Assembly (NCBI GenBank): GCA_039679675.1
Contig: JBDKUN010000065.1
Coordinates: 40,830-104,829 of the forward strand
Source: Armatimonadota bacterium
Lineage (GTDB): Bacteria > Armatimonadota > UBA5829 > DTLH01
DNA length: 64,000 nt
Direction of reading: 5' to 3'
Of the stretch, positions 9,419-18,757 are shown one piece after another; within the stretch, counting starts at the first letter, position 1, and each line of letters opens with the position of its first letter. The position numbers and the translations under genes were made by a program. A model generated the notes under the pieces. It made no database searches, was not told the origin of the DNA, and saw only the letters and a program-made list of their open reading frames with translations.

Positions 9419-10072
9419 CTATTCTTTAGTTATCAATGTGGTTCGCCGGTTAATGGCATCCAGTGTAGCATTAACCACAGCTTTCCATAAATCCTGCCTG
9501 ACTATCGCGGAACCTGTTAAATAATCATCCCCGCGGTTCGTGACAAAATTGATCAATACTACAACAATATTCTTTCCGGCAAGATTGACTCCTGTGGTCA
9601 TGTCTTCGACTACCATAGTACCGTCAGCCGCGCCTGCATCTTCGACCGCGCGCAGCGTTGCAGTCGCAATGAGCTTCATCTGGCTACTGCTCGAGCTTAA
9701 GCCCGTAGCAGTTCCCGTGTAAGCCACACCGTCTCTCCCTAAATGGACCGTAGCCTCTGCTCTGCTCCCTTCAAGAGAGATCGAAACGTCTGAAAACTTT
9801 AATCTGCCCTGCTCCTTTTTCTCATTACCCTGAAGTTGAGCTACGCTGACCTTTCGATGATCCAGCTGGACGCCAAGTTTGGCCATAACCGCCGATTCGA
9901 TGTCACGCACAACCTGTTTTGGGGCTCTACTTGCTTCCGTCAGAACGTGAATCTCCTCGATCTCTCCATCATCGCCGGAAACTACCCGCGCAGATATCAC
10001 ATCGCGCAGCCGGCATATAACGGACTCAACATCAATCAGGTCGTCGATATTTTCTTTTCTTTCGACTGCCAT
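9419..10072 (-). CDS. Conserved hypothetical cytoplasmic protein (IHVL..PKQVVRDIES..DHRKVSVAQ family; C-terminus resembles the LeuA allosteric-type fold)
   Basis: AAGGAG RBS; 217-aa ORF. Confidence 0.75.
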   Translation of the reverse strand: MAVERKENIDDLIDVESVICRLRDVISARVVSGDDGEIEEIHVLTEASRAPKQVVRDIESAVMAKLGVQLDHRKVSVAQLQGNEKKEQGRLKFSDVSISLEGSRAEATVHLGRDGVAYTGTATGLSSSSSQMKLIATATLRAVEDAGAADGTMVVEDMTTGVNLAGKNIVVVLINFVTNRGDDYLTGSAIVRQDLWKAVVNATLDAINRRTTLITKE

Positions 10073-10124
10073 TCTCCGCTCTCCTTTCGCCGCTACTTCC
10101 TTAAAGCGGCGCCCTCTCTTTTCC

Positions 10125-10147
10125 TCGCTTCGCCATTCGTGACTTTT
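10125..10147 (-). promoter_or_regulatory. Motif AAAAGTCA-N6-GCGAAGCGA, copy upstream of the 217-aa gene
   Basis: Identical bipartite motif at 9348-9370. Confidence 0.5.
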
Positions 10148-10206
10148 ATCGTCCGAATGGTCCTTTGCCTGAAAACCGGCTATATAATTCTTGCACCGTT
10201 CTTCAG

Positions 10207-12297
10207 CTACCCACGGAATATCGCTTTGAACTCCGATGCAAGATTATCTTTTATTTTTTCAAGAACAGCGTTGATTTCCTCGTCCTTAAGTGTACGTTCT
10301 TTCGATCTGAAAACTATTGAGAGTGTCAGACTCTGCTCATCCTCGCTCACATGCGGGCCGACATATACGTCCAGAAGGCTCACATCTTCAAGAATAGCCC
10401 CACCTGCTTCGATAACTGCTCTTCTGATGTCACCATAGGGCACATCCCGCTTCACAACGGCAGCAATATGCCTGTAAAGAGCCGGGAACTTCGGAAGATG
10501 TTCGTATACTATCTTCTCAGGAACAAGAGACTTCAGTTTCTCAACACTCAGTTCAAATATATACGGACGTCCCTTTATATCCAGCTCGTTTATGACTTCA
10601 GGAGCGACTTCACCGATGATACCTATCTCTGCATTACCGGCTGTAATCTTTGCGGCTCTGGTCGGGTGAAGCATAGGGTGCTCAGTGCGCTCGAACCTCA
10701 CACCGGAAATCTTCAATCTGTCGAAGATATTCTCGACAACTCCCTTTATGAGATAAAAATCAGCCGCCATCGCTTCTTTATCCAGGTTCCAAGAGTTTGA
10801 CCACTGATTTCCGACCATTGCACCTGCCACTGACAGCCACTCGGTCACAGCTTTGTCCTTTTCCAGCCAGCGATAGACTTTACCGATCTCGTAGATGCTC
10901 ATATCACGGATCCCGTTCGCCTGGTTCCTCACGATGACCCGGAGCAGGTTCGGTGCAATCATTGTCCTCATCCCCGCTGTTTCCCAACTGAGCTGGTTTC
11001 GCACGAAGATAGAGTTTTCCTGACCGGCGATTCTGATGCTGTTATGATCTATAAGGCTGTGTGTAAGGACTTCCTGCATCCCTGAGGACATAAGCGTCCG
11101 CCGCATTTCCTGCACGAAAAGCCCCATGTCGCTGTCTTTGCCCTGGAACGGCGCAGGCGGAAGAGTGCTGCCGATGCTCTCATAGCCATAAGCTCTCGCA
11201 ATCTCTTCGATCACATCTGCCTCGAGCCGTATATCCGGCCTGAACGTCGGAACCGTTACGACAATATCTTCATCTTCAAGAGTTGCAGGTATCTGGTACA
11301 CTTCAAGGAATGACACCATTTCCTGGGCACTCAAAGAGGTGTCGAGCATTGCGTTTACCCGTTCAGGGCGGACAGTAACCTTGAATATGTTATCTTTGGC
11401 AGGATACAGGTCTACAAGGCCTTCGGCTATTTCGCCGTCAGCCAGGTCCCGCATAAGCTCAGCGGCTCGTTTGGCTACCATGTCAGCTGTGCCGATATCC
11501 ACCGAACGCTCAAACCGGTAACTGGACTCTGTTACGATACCGAGCTTCTTTGAAGTCCTTCTGATAGAGACCGGATTAAAGTGCGCAGACTCTATGAGAA
11601 TATTCTTCGTGTCGGGTTTTACCTCAGAATCAAAGCCGCCCATAATCCCTGCAAGCCCGACAGCGCGGTTTTTATCAGCAATAACGAGCATGTCAGAACC
11701 CAGCTCGCGCTCTTCACCGTCAAGAGTAGTCAGCTTCTCGCCGGCATTTGCGCGACGGACTATGATCTCTTTCCCCTCCAAGAGGCTGTAATCGAACGCA
11801 TGCAGTGGTTGTCCCATCTCAAGCATCACATAGTTGGTGATATCCACTATGTTATTGATCGGCCTCATGCCTGCGCGGATCAGCCGGTTCTTCATCCAGG
11901 CTGGGGAATCCTTTACCGTCACATTGCGGACAACGACGCCGACATACCTGTCACAGAGGTCAGGATCTTTAATAGTGATCTTTATCTCCGATGCGGATGA
12001 AGGCGGAACGCCTGAAGCTTCAGGCTGGGGTATTTTGACGGGGCTTTTGGTAAAAGCGGCGACTTCGCGGGCGACACCGATAAGCGACAGCCAGTCCCCT
12101 CGGTTCGGCGTGACTTTCGTAAGCATCACGCGGCTGTCCACAGCATCAGGCATGCCTCCTGCGTGGGAGACCTCTTCACTTTCCATCGAAGAGATCTCCT
12201 CGACCTCAAGCCCGGCCATAGTAAGCTTATCAGCCAACTCCTCGACTGATCCGCCTGTCTCTACATATTCATTAAGCCATTCAACTGGAACTCTCAT
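10207..12297 (-). CDS. pheT: Phenylalanine--tRNA ligase beta subunit (short form lacking the B2 OB domain)
   Basis: TPNRGDWLS, INNIVDITNYVMLEMGQPLHAFD, RPDI..EADVIEEIAR, C-terminal FDX-ACB domain. Confidence 0.96.
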   Translation of the reverse strand: MRVPVEWLNEYVETGGSVEELADKLTMAGLEVEEISSMESEEVSHAGGMPDAVDSRVMLTKVTPNRGDWLSLIGVAREVAAFTKSPVKIPQPEASGVPPSSASEIKITIKDPDLCDRYVGVVVRNVTVKDSPAWMKNRLIRAGMRPINNIVDITNYVMLEMGQPLHAFDYSLLEGKEIIVRRANAGEKLTTLDGEERELGSDMLVIADKNRAVGLAGIMGGFDSEVKPDTKNILIESAHFNPVSIRRTSKKLGIVTESSYRFERSVDIGTADMVAKRAAELMRDLADGEIAEGLVDLYPAKDNIFKVTVRPERVNAMLDTSLSAQEMVSFLEVYQIPATLEDEDIVVTVPTFRPDIRLEADVIEEIARAYGYESIGSTLPPAPFQGKDSDMGLFVQEMRRTLMSSGMQEVLTHSLIDHNSIRIAGQENSIFVRNQLSWETAGMRTMIAPNLLRVIVRNQANGIRDMSIYEIGKVYRWLEKDKAVTEWLSVAGAMVGNQWSNSWNLDKEAMAADFYLIKGVVENIFDRLKISGVRFERTEHPMLHPTRAAKITAGNAEIGIIGEVAPEVINELDIKGRPYIFELSVEKLKSLVPEKIVYEHLPKFPALYRHIAAVVKRDVPYGDIRRAVIEAGGAILEDVSLLDVYVGPHVSEDEQSLTLSIVFRSKERTLKDEEINAVLEKIKDNLASEFKAIFRG

Positions 12298-12343
12298 ATT
12301 GCCTCAAAATGGAAAGTATAGCCTTCCATCAAACTTCTCACTT

Positions 12344-13360
12344 CTAAAACTGGGCCAGGAACCTGAGATCGTCCTCCATAAACAGGCGGAGATCGTCTAT
12401 CTGGTGTTCGATCATAGGCATCCGGTCTATCCCAAGCCCGAATGCAAACCCACTGTATATCTTCGGGTCCATTCCACTGTTTGCCAACTCGTTAGGATGG
12501 ATCATTCCGGCTCCGCCGAGCTCCAGCCACCTGCCGCCGCCGATACTGACGGCAATCTCCGCCCCAGGTTCGACAAATGGGAAGAAATCCGGTCTGAACC
12601 TGGTTTTGGCATCCGGGCCGAACATCTCGCGGCAGAAATGGTCCAGCGTCCCTTTCAGGTCGGCGAAGGTAATGTTTTTACCTACTGTAAAGCAATCGAC
12701 CTGATGGAACGTGTGGCCGTGCGTTGCATCGACAGCTTCATAACGATAGCATTTGCCCATCGTGCATATTCTGAACGGGGGTTTTCTCTTCTCATACACC
12801 CGCTTGTGCGAAGCAGTGGTCTGAGTACGGAGAAGATAGGTGCTGCGCACATCGTGAGTATCCCTGTCGGTGACATAGAACGACATCTGCTCATCCATCG
12901 CTGGATGCTCTTCGGGATAATTCAGTGCTTCGAAGTTATAATGGTATGACTCGATCTCCGGGCTTTCTACGACCTCGTAGCCCATTCCGATGAAGATACT
13001 TTTGATCCGAGCCATCGTCTCGACGAGGATATGCGGTTTTCCGGTCTTGTATAACCTTCCAGGCAGTGTAACATCAATCGATTCTGCTTGTATACGGCGT
13101 TCTGTCTCTTCTGAGGCAAGCCTTGTCCGGCGTTCGGATATTACTGCCTCCAGTTCGGACTTTGCCTCGTTAACGCAGCTTCCAAACAGAGGCCGCTGTT
13201 CCGCCGGAAGCTCTCCGACGGTCCTCAGAAGCTGAGTCAGCCTGCCTTTTCGACCAAGGTACTCGACCTCAATCTCATCCAGCTCTTTAGTAGCCTTCGC
13301 AGTCTCTATTCGCCCGGATGACTCCTTCACAAGATCGGTTATCGTGTTGAATTCAATCAT
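12344..13360 (-). CDS. pheS: Phenylalanine--tRNA ligase alpha subunit
   Basis: FHQVD, FFPFVEPG, GFAFGLGIDR; start moved to MIEF (GGGAG RBS). Confidence 0.96.
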   Translation of the reverse strand: MIEFNTITDLVKESSGRIETAKATKELDEIEVEYLGRKGRLTQLLRTVGELPAEQRPLFGSCVNEAKSELEAVISERRTRLASEETERRIQAESIDVTLPGRLYKTGKPHILVETMARIKSIFIGMGYEVVESPEIESYHYNFEALNYPEEHPAMDEQMSFYVTDRDTHDVRSTYLLRTQTTASHKRVYEKRKPPFRICTMGKCYRYEAVDATHGHTFHQVDCFTVGKNITFADLKGTLDHFCREMFGPDAKTRFRPDFFPFVEPGAEIAVSIGGGRWLELGGAGMIHPNELANSGMDPKIYSGFAFGLGIDRMPMIEHQIDDLRLFMEDDLRFLAQF

Positions 13361-13609
13361 ATTACTCCCAACACAACAATCAGAAGGGTGTTGTAAGTCC
13401 CATGCGGGACTCTCCCATAGATTTTCAGATGTCACGAGAACTATCAGATAAACCTATAATATAAAAACCCAACGACCAATGACCAAAACAACAGTCCTAC
13501 CTTGAATCATTCCAATGCTCCTGGTAGATCAACTGCTTCGGTTATTGTACGTTGGGCGATAAATTTTAATGCGGGTCTATCGGGGTTATTCCCCGTGACC
13601 CATCTCATC

Positions 13610-13969
13610 TTATGCTGATACCTGGGCTCTCGCCTGTTCTACAAGCTGAGAAAATGCCTTGGCATCATTGATAGCCATCTCAGAAAGCATCTTTCTATCC
13701 AGTTCTACACCTGCTTTAGAAAGTCCTTCTATAAATCGGCCATATGTCAGGCCTTGCTCTCTGCATGCGGCATTGATTCTTGCGATCCACAGTCTGCGGA
13801 ACTCCCGCTTCTTGTTTCGCCTGTCACGATAAGCATACTGCATGGAGTGCATGACTGCTTCTTTAGCTGTCTTGAACAGCCTGCTTCGTCCACCCCAGTA
13901 GCCTTTCGCTCTTTCCAGCACCTTCTTATGGCGCTTATGCGTCATTGTGCCGCGTTTCACGCGTGGCAT
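13610..13969 (-). CDS. rplT: 50S ribosomal protein L20
   Basis: MPRVKRG...[21 protein letters not shown]. Confidence 0.98.
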   Translation of the reverse strand: MPRVKRGTMTHKRHKKVLERAKGYWGGRSRLFKTAKEAVMHSMQYAYRDRRNKKREFRRLWIARINAACREQGLTYGRFIEGLSKAGVELDRKMLSEMAINDAKAFSQLVEQARAQVSA

Positions 13970-14047
13970 GTATCCGTTCTCCTAACTTAGAGTTATTAAT
14001 AAACTCAAAACTTTGTATTTACGTAAGAGTTCACACTCTACAACAAC

Positions 14048-14109
14048 ATCACCCTGAAATAATTCAGGGCCCATCCCTCTCCTGGGTTCCGAATCAAGTT
14101 CGGAATGAC
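14048..14109. repeat. Palindromic repeat family B (double hairpin) between rpmI and rplT
   Basis: TCACCCTGAAATAATTCAGGG ... TTCCGAATCAAGTTCGGAATGAC; related half copy at 54831-54852. Confidence 0.7.
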
Positions 14110-14142
14110 ATTACGACGGTTCGGGATGATGTAAAACACCTT

Positions 14143-14340
14143 TTAGGTTCCGGGCATCATCCTTTTGATCTTCTTGAGATCACCTTTTGTGACCGCGGTC
14201 TCTAACTCAAGCCGACGCTCACGTGAGGATGATTTCTTCATCATAAGGTGGTTCATTCTAGCATGTCCGTGAAGGATTTTTCCACCCGCACTAATCTTGA
14301 ACCGCTTTGCGGCGGTCTTCCTCGTCTTAATCTTAGGCAC
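14143..14340 (-). CDS. rpmI: 50S ribosomal protein L35
   Basis: MPKIKTRKTAAKRFK; GTG start. Confidence 0.97.
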   Translation of the reverse strand: MPKIKTRKTAAKRFKISAGGKILHGHARMNHLMMKKSSSRERRLELETAVTKGDLKKIKRMMPGT

Positions 14341-14369
14341 GTTTTACCTCACATCAAATAAAAGTCAGC

Positions 14370-14888
14370 TTATACAGCCGACTTTGGGCTAAGTATCATC
14401 GTCATCGTCCGGCCTTCCATGGAAGGCGCTTTCTCTACTACAGCGATCTCCTGCGATTCCTCGGCGATCCGCTGAAGCGACTTTTTGGCGAACTCAGGAT
14501 GAGTAATTTCCCTACTCCTGAAGATGACAGTAAATTTGACCTTGTCACCTTCTTTGAGAAACTTCAGTGCATTTTTAAGTTTGAACTGGAAATCATGCTC
14601 ATCAATCCCCGGCCTCATTCGGATACTCTTGACTTCCGAGGCTTTCTGCTTCTTGTGAGCTTCCCGTTCACGCTTTCCCTGTTCATACTTCCACTTCCCG
14701 TAATCCATTATGCGGCATACGGGTGGGTTAGCTGTTGGTGCAACCTCAATCAGGTCTAATCCCTTTTCCCGTGCAAGCTCAATGGCCTGTCTGAAAGGCA
14801 CGACGCCGACTTGCGCCCCTGCGTCATCGATTAACCTGACTTCCCGGGCACGGATCCTCTCGTTTACCCTGAAATCTCCTCTGCTTAT
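14370..14888 (-). CDS. infC: Translation initiation factor IF-3 with non-canonical ATA start
   Basis: GAGGTG RBS then in-frame ATA, restoring the N-domain (RVNERIRAREVRLID); PPVCRIMDYGK. Confidence 0.93.
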   Translation of the reverse strand: MSRGDFRVNERIRAREVRLIDDAGAQVGVVPFRQAIELAREKGLDLIEVAPTANPPVCRIMDYGKWKYEQGKREREAHKKQKASEVKSIRMRPGIDEHDFQFKLKNALKFLKEGDKVKFTVIFRSREITHPEFAKKSLQRIAEESQEIAVVEKAPSMEGRTMTMILSPKSAV

Positions 14889-14952
14889 AGTCGTCTCACC
14901 TCAAGTTCGGCTGAAGCACTATAAGTGCTCTTCCTGCCGGATTTTCCCTGTT

Positions 14953-14981
14953 AGTATAACTGACCATCAAGAAGCTGTCAA
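14953..14981 (-). promoter_or_regulatory. Sigma-70 promoter for infC-rpmI-rplT overlapping the thrS 3' end
   Basis: TTGACA-17-TATACT. Confidence 0.75.
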
Positions 14982-16688
14982 CTCCCCTGTAAGGTCCATT
15001 ATAAATTTATCTACCGGTTTTGCACCGATATCACCTTTGTCGCGGGAGCGGACGGACACCTGGTCCTCTGCTATCTCTCTGTCACCTACTATCAGCATAT
15101 ATGGTATCTTCTGAAGCTGTGCTTCTCGAATCTTATACCCCGTCTTTTCGTTTCGTGTATCGACCGTTGCTCTGAAACCTTTTTCGGCAAGCCGGGCAGC
15201 CACTTTATGAGCATACTCCTGATGCCTGTCTGCAATCGGAAGGAGTATTGCCTGCACCGGAGCAAGCCAGAGCGGGAATGCACCGGCATAATGCTCGACC
15301 AGCACGCCGAAGAACCTTTCAATCGATCCCAGAAGCGCTCTGTGGATCATTATCGGGCGGTGCGCCTTGCCGTCTTCACCGATGTACTCGATGTTGAACC
15401 GTTCAGGCTCATTGAAATCGACCTGAATGGTGCTGCACTGATGTTCCCTGCCGAGTGCGTCTTTAATCTTGACGTCGATCTTCGGGCCGTAGAACGCGCC
15501 GCCGCCCTCATCGACCTTGTACTCAAGCCCTTTGTGTTCCAGAGCCTTCTTAAGAGCATCCGTAGCTTCAGCCCAGCTCTCCAGCGTCCCGACATACTTG
15601 TCTTCAGGCCGTGTCGAGAGGTATATGCCGTACTCATGGAACCCGAAATGGCCCAATATGTCGATTACGAAGTCCAGAAGACTGATTATCTCGTCGTCGA
15701 GCTGATCCGGCGTGCAGAAAATGTGCGCATCATCCTGTGTAAAGCCGCGCACTCTCATCAGGCCATGCAGCGTACCGGAGCGCTCGAACCGGTATACAGT
15801 TCCAAGCTCTGCCCATCTGATCGGAAGCTCTCTGTAGCTCCTTAATCTTGTTTTATAAATGGCAAGATGGAACGGGCAGTTCATCGGCTTGATTCTGTAA
15901 GGAGCGCCTTCGACTTCCATCGGGCCGTACATGCTCTCGGAGTAGAAATCGAGGTGTCCGCTCGTCACCCATAGGTCCTGGCGCGCGATATGCGGAGTCT
16001 GCACTAGCTCGTAGCCGCCTTTAAGGTGAGCATCCCGCCAGTAGTCTTCCATTATCTTCCGCATCAGTGCGCCCTTCGGATGCCAAAGCACGAGCCCTGG
16101 GCCTACTTCTTCATCGAACGAGAAAAGCTCAAGTTCTTTCCCCAGTTTCCTGTGGTCGCGCTTCTCTGCCTCTTCGAGCCGATGCAGATGTTCGTCCAAC
16201 TCAGCCTTTGTAGGCCACGCTGTCGCGTAAATCCGCTGAAGCATCGGGTTCTTCTCGTCACCGCGCCAGTATGCACCGGCGATAGAAAGAATCTTGAACG
16301 CGCCGATCTTACCTGTGCTCTCGACGTGCGGGCCGCGGCACCAGTCTACGAAGCCGTTTTCCTCATATATGGTCGATGTCTCGTCCTCATTCTCTCGGAT
16401 CAGCTCCAATTTGTAAGGCTGGTCGGCAAAAATCTTCTCAGCCTCAGGCTTCGTTACTTCCTTACGGACAAACTTATTGTCGGCCTTCACGATTTTTGCC
16501 ATCTCGGCTTCGATCTTTTCGATGTCTTCCGGCACGAACGGCTCCGGCTTGTCGAAATCGTAATAAAAGCCGTCCTCAATAGGTGGCCCAATTGCAATTT
16601 TCACCTCAGGGAACAGGTTCTTCACTGCGTGCGCCATAACGTGCGCCGCAGAATGCCGCATCATTTCAAGAGCATCTGTCTTTTCCAT
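14967..16688 (-). CDS. thrS: Threonine--tRNA ligase (lacks N-terminal TGS domain)
   Basis: RHSAAH, DWCRGPH, RDHRKLG, KPMNCP, RVRGFTQDDAH; start at MEKTD (GGAG RBS). Confidence 0.97.
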   Translation of the reverse strand: MEKTDALEMMRHSAAHVMAHAVKNLFPEVKIAIGPPIEDGFYYDFDKPEPFVPEDIEKIEAEMAKIVKADNKFVRKEVTKPEAEKIFADQPYKLELIRENEDETSTIYEENGFVDWCRGPHVESTGKIGAFKILSIAGAYWRGDEKNPMLQRIYATAWPTKAELDEHLHRLEEAEKRDHRKLGKELELFSFDEEVGPGLVLWHPKGALMRKIMEDYWRDAHLKGGYELVQTPHIARQDLWVTSGHLDFYSESMYGPMEVEGAPYRIKPMNCPFHLAIYKTRLRSYRELPIRWAELGTVYRFERSGTLHGLMRVRGFTQDDAHIFCTPDQLDDEIISLLDFVIDILGHFGFHEYGIYLSTRPEDKYVGTLESWAEATDALKKALEHKGLEYKVDEGGGAFYGPKIDVKIKDALGREHQCSTIQVDFNEPERFNIEYIGEDGKAHRPIMIHRALLGSIERFFGVLVEHYAGAFPLWLAPVQAILLPIADRHQEYAHKVAARLAEKGFRATVDTRNEKTGYKIREAQLQKIPYMLIVGDREIAEDQVSVRSRDKGDIGAKPVDKFIMDLTGELTAS

Positions 16689-16692
16689 AAAA

Positions 16693-17682
16693 TCATCTAT
16701 CTCCAAAACCATCGGGGTGGTTTTTATGCCACTGCCAGGCGGTCTCAATTATCGTTCTCAGTTCCGCGTACTCAGGTCTCCATCCAAGCTGCTTTTTGAT
16801 CTTATCAGAGCTTGCCACAAGCCTTGCGGGGTCCCCTGCCCTTCTTGGAGCATCGACCGCTGCTATTTTCTTTCCGGTAACTTCCTCTGCAACGGTAATT
16901 ACCTCTTTGACGGAATAACCGCTCCCATTACCCATATTATATACGTCGCTTGAGGCACCGGATTCCAGCGCTTCGAGCGCCAAAAGGTGCGCTTGGGCAA
17001 GATCGGTCACATGTACATAGTCCCTTATGCATGTGCCGTCCGGCGTTGGCCAGTCCGTGCCGAATATTGCTATATTATCGCGTTTACCGAGGGCTACGTC
17101 CAGCACAAGCGGTATCAGATGGTGTTCCGGCTTATGGTCTTCTCCTATCGCGCCCGATGGGTCAGCCCCTGAAGCATTAAAGTATCTTAAGGCTGTCCAC
17201 TTGAGTCCGTATGCATGATCATATTCGGTTAAAATATGCTCCAGCATAAGCTTCGATCTGCCGTAAGGGTTTGTCGGGTTCTTTGGGTGGTCTTCAGGGA
17301 TAGGCACTGCCTCCGGTTCACCGAAGACTGCTGCTGTCGAGGAGAAAATCATCCTCTTGACTCCGGCTGCGAGCATCTCCTGAACCAGAGTAATGCTGTT
17401 CTGAATATTATTAATGTAGTATTTCTGAGGGTCCTTGACCGATTCGCCTACGTCAGCAAACGCTGCAAAATGCATTACGGCATCGATCGGATATTTTGCA
17501 AAGACTTTTTTCAGGAGCCCGGCATCGCCGATGCTTCCGATAACGGTTTCACTTCCGCTCGACGCTTTGGTATGCCCGAATGACAAATCATCGAGGCAGA
17601 CTACCTGCCTGCCATGGCCCATCAGATGCTTGACAGCATGAGAGCCCACATATCCCAGCCCGCCGGTTACAAGAATCGCCAT
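16693..17682 (-). CDS. galE: UDP-glucose 4-epimerase
   Basis: TGGLGYVGSH, YGRSK, LRYFN, DGTCIRDYVHV. Confidence 0.95.
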   Translation of the reverse strand: MAILVTGGLGYVGSHAVKHLMGHGRQVVCLDDLSFGHTKASSGSETVIGSIGDAGLLKKVFAKYPIDAVMHFAAFADVGESVKDPQKYYINNIQNSITLVQEMLAAGVKRMIFSSTAAVFGEPEAVPIPEDHPKNPTNPYGRSKLMLEHILTEYDHAYGLKWTALRYFNASGADPSGAIGEDHKPEHHLIPLVLDVALGKRDNIAIFGTDWPTPDGTCIRDYVHVTDLAQAHLLALEALESGASSDVYNMGNGSGYSVKEVITVAEEVTGKKIAAVDAPRRAGDPARLVASSDKIKKQLGWRPEYAELRTIIETAWQWHKNHPDGFGDR

Positions 17683-18044
17683 AGGTTCCCCCTGTGATAC
17701 CCTGTACAAACTTTAAACTGGTAAAGCGTTGCTCTACCAGTCAATACTCAAAGATGCTTGTTCCACAGTCTTGGAAATAATAAAACCGACTGTTACTTCC
17801 AGCACTCCGACAGGCACTAATATACCACTTTCTCTCATATATTGGCAATAATTCGGTTAGCACAACGATCAAACAACCACCAGACACAACCATATCCGGC
17901 CACGCATTTACCTCATTACAGATAACTTTATCTCTATAATTTACTCCTTGTCCCACATTGCCTATTGCAGAGTTAAATATACATGATATATTGTAGTAAG
18001 CGAGCATTCTGTAAACTATTATACTACGACTAAAGAGGTTGATT

Positions 18045-18731
18045 ATGAAAATATCAAATGTTTCAATCATGATTGCGCTGATATGCGTTATGTCGTGCTC
18101 CACGGCATTGTTTGCACAGACCCGAACCACGCCTGTAGAGGTGCAAAACACGCCCAATGTGAAAGTAGATCCGAGCGGAAACACCGTAAAAATAGACAAT
18201 ACAGGCAATACCGTGCAGGTAAGCGGCACACCGAATGTAAATGTGACGAATACACCTAATGTGAATGTAGGGACCCTGCCAGCAGTGAAGGTCGATCCTA
18301 ACCAGAACACTATTAGGATCGATTCCACACAAAACACGGTAAAAGCACCTACGATGAGCAACCAGTTGGTATTATGGACCAGCCAAGCCTTGCCACATGG
18401 CAGTACTATATCTTCCGGCATATTAAGCTGCACCGGATACAAAGAGCTGAGGATAGTAGCGACGCTTCCTTCAGCAGTGAATGATGCCGGAAACATTCAG
18501 ATCAATGTCCGGTTTCAGATGCCGAACACCGGTGGTTATTACCTGATGGGAAAAGGCAGCTTCGCTACGCCAACTACTCCGCTGATACCTTATGCCAATT
18601 TCACGCAGTCCGGTGGAATGGCGCTTATGATTGTTCCTATTATGAGCAATAATGTAATGATCGAAATAGTGAATAACACAACTGCCACTGATACAACCGT
18701 CAGCGCAGCATGGGTGTACATGGTCAACTAA
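18045..18731 (+). CDS. Secreted protein with V-x-V-x-N-T-P / VKVD short repeats and a beta-rich C-terminal domain
   Basis: GAGG RBS, signal peptide, internal repeats. Confidence 0.7.
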   Translation: MKISNVSIMIALICVMSCSTALFAQTRTTPVEVQNTPNVKVDPSGNTVKIDNTGNTVQVSGTPNVNVTNTPNVNVGTLPAVKVDPNQNTIRIDSTQNTVKAPTMSNQLVLWTSQALPHGSTISSGILSCTGYKELRIVATLPSAVNDAGNIQINVRFQMPNTGGYYLMGKGSFATPTTPLIPYANFTQSGGMALMIVPIMSNNVMIEIVNNTTATDTTVSAAWVYMVN

Positions 18732-18757
18732 TCCGCTTCAACCGGGAGAAATCGGTT

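Noticed and set aside
10125..10200. c-di-GMP-I riboswitch (GGCAAA..CCATTCG..CGAATGG resembles the aptamer start)
   Set aside because: Lacks the GNRA loop, the GACGCAAAG junction and the P3 receptor; an Rfam search would be needed to rescue it.
13361..13609. T-box leader upstream of pheS
   Set aside because: No GGTGGNACCGCG T-box sequence or terminator found on the coding strand.
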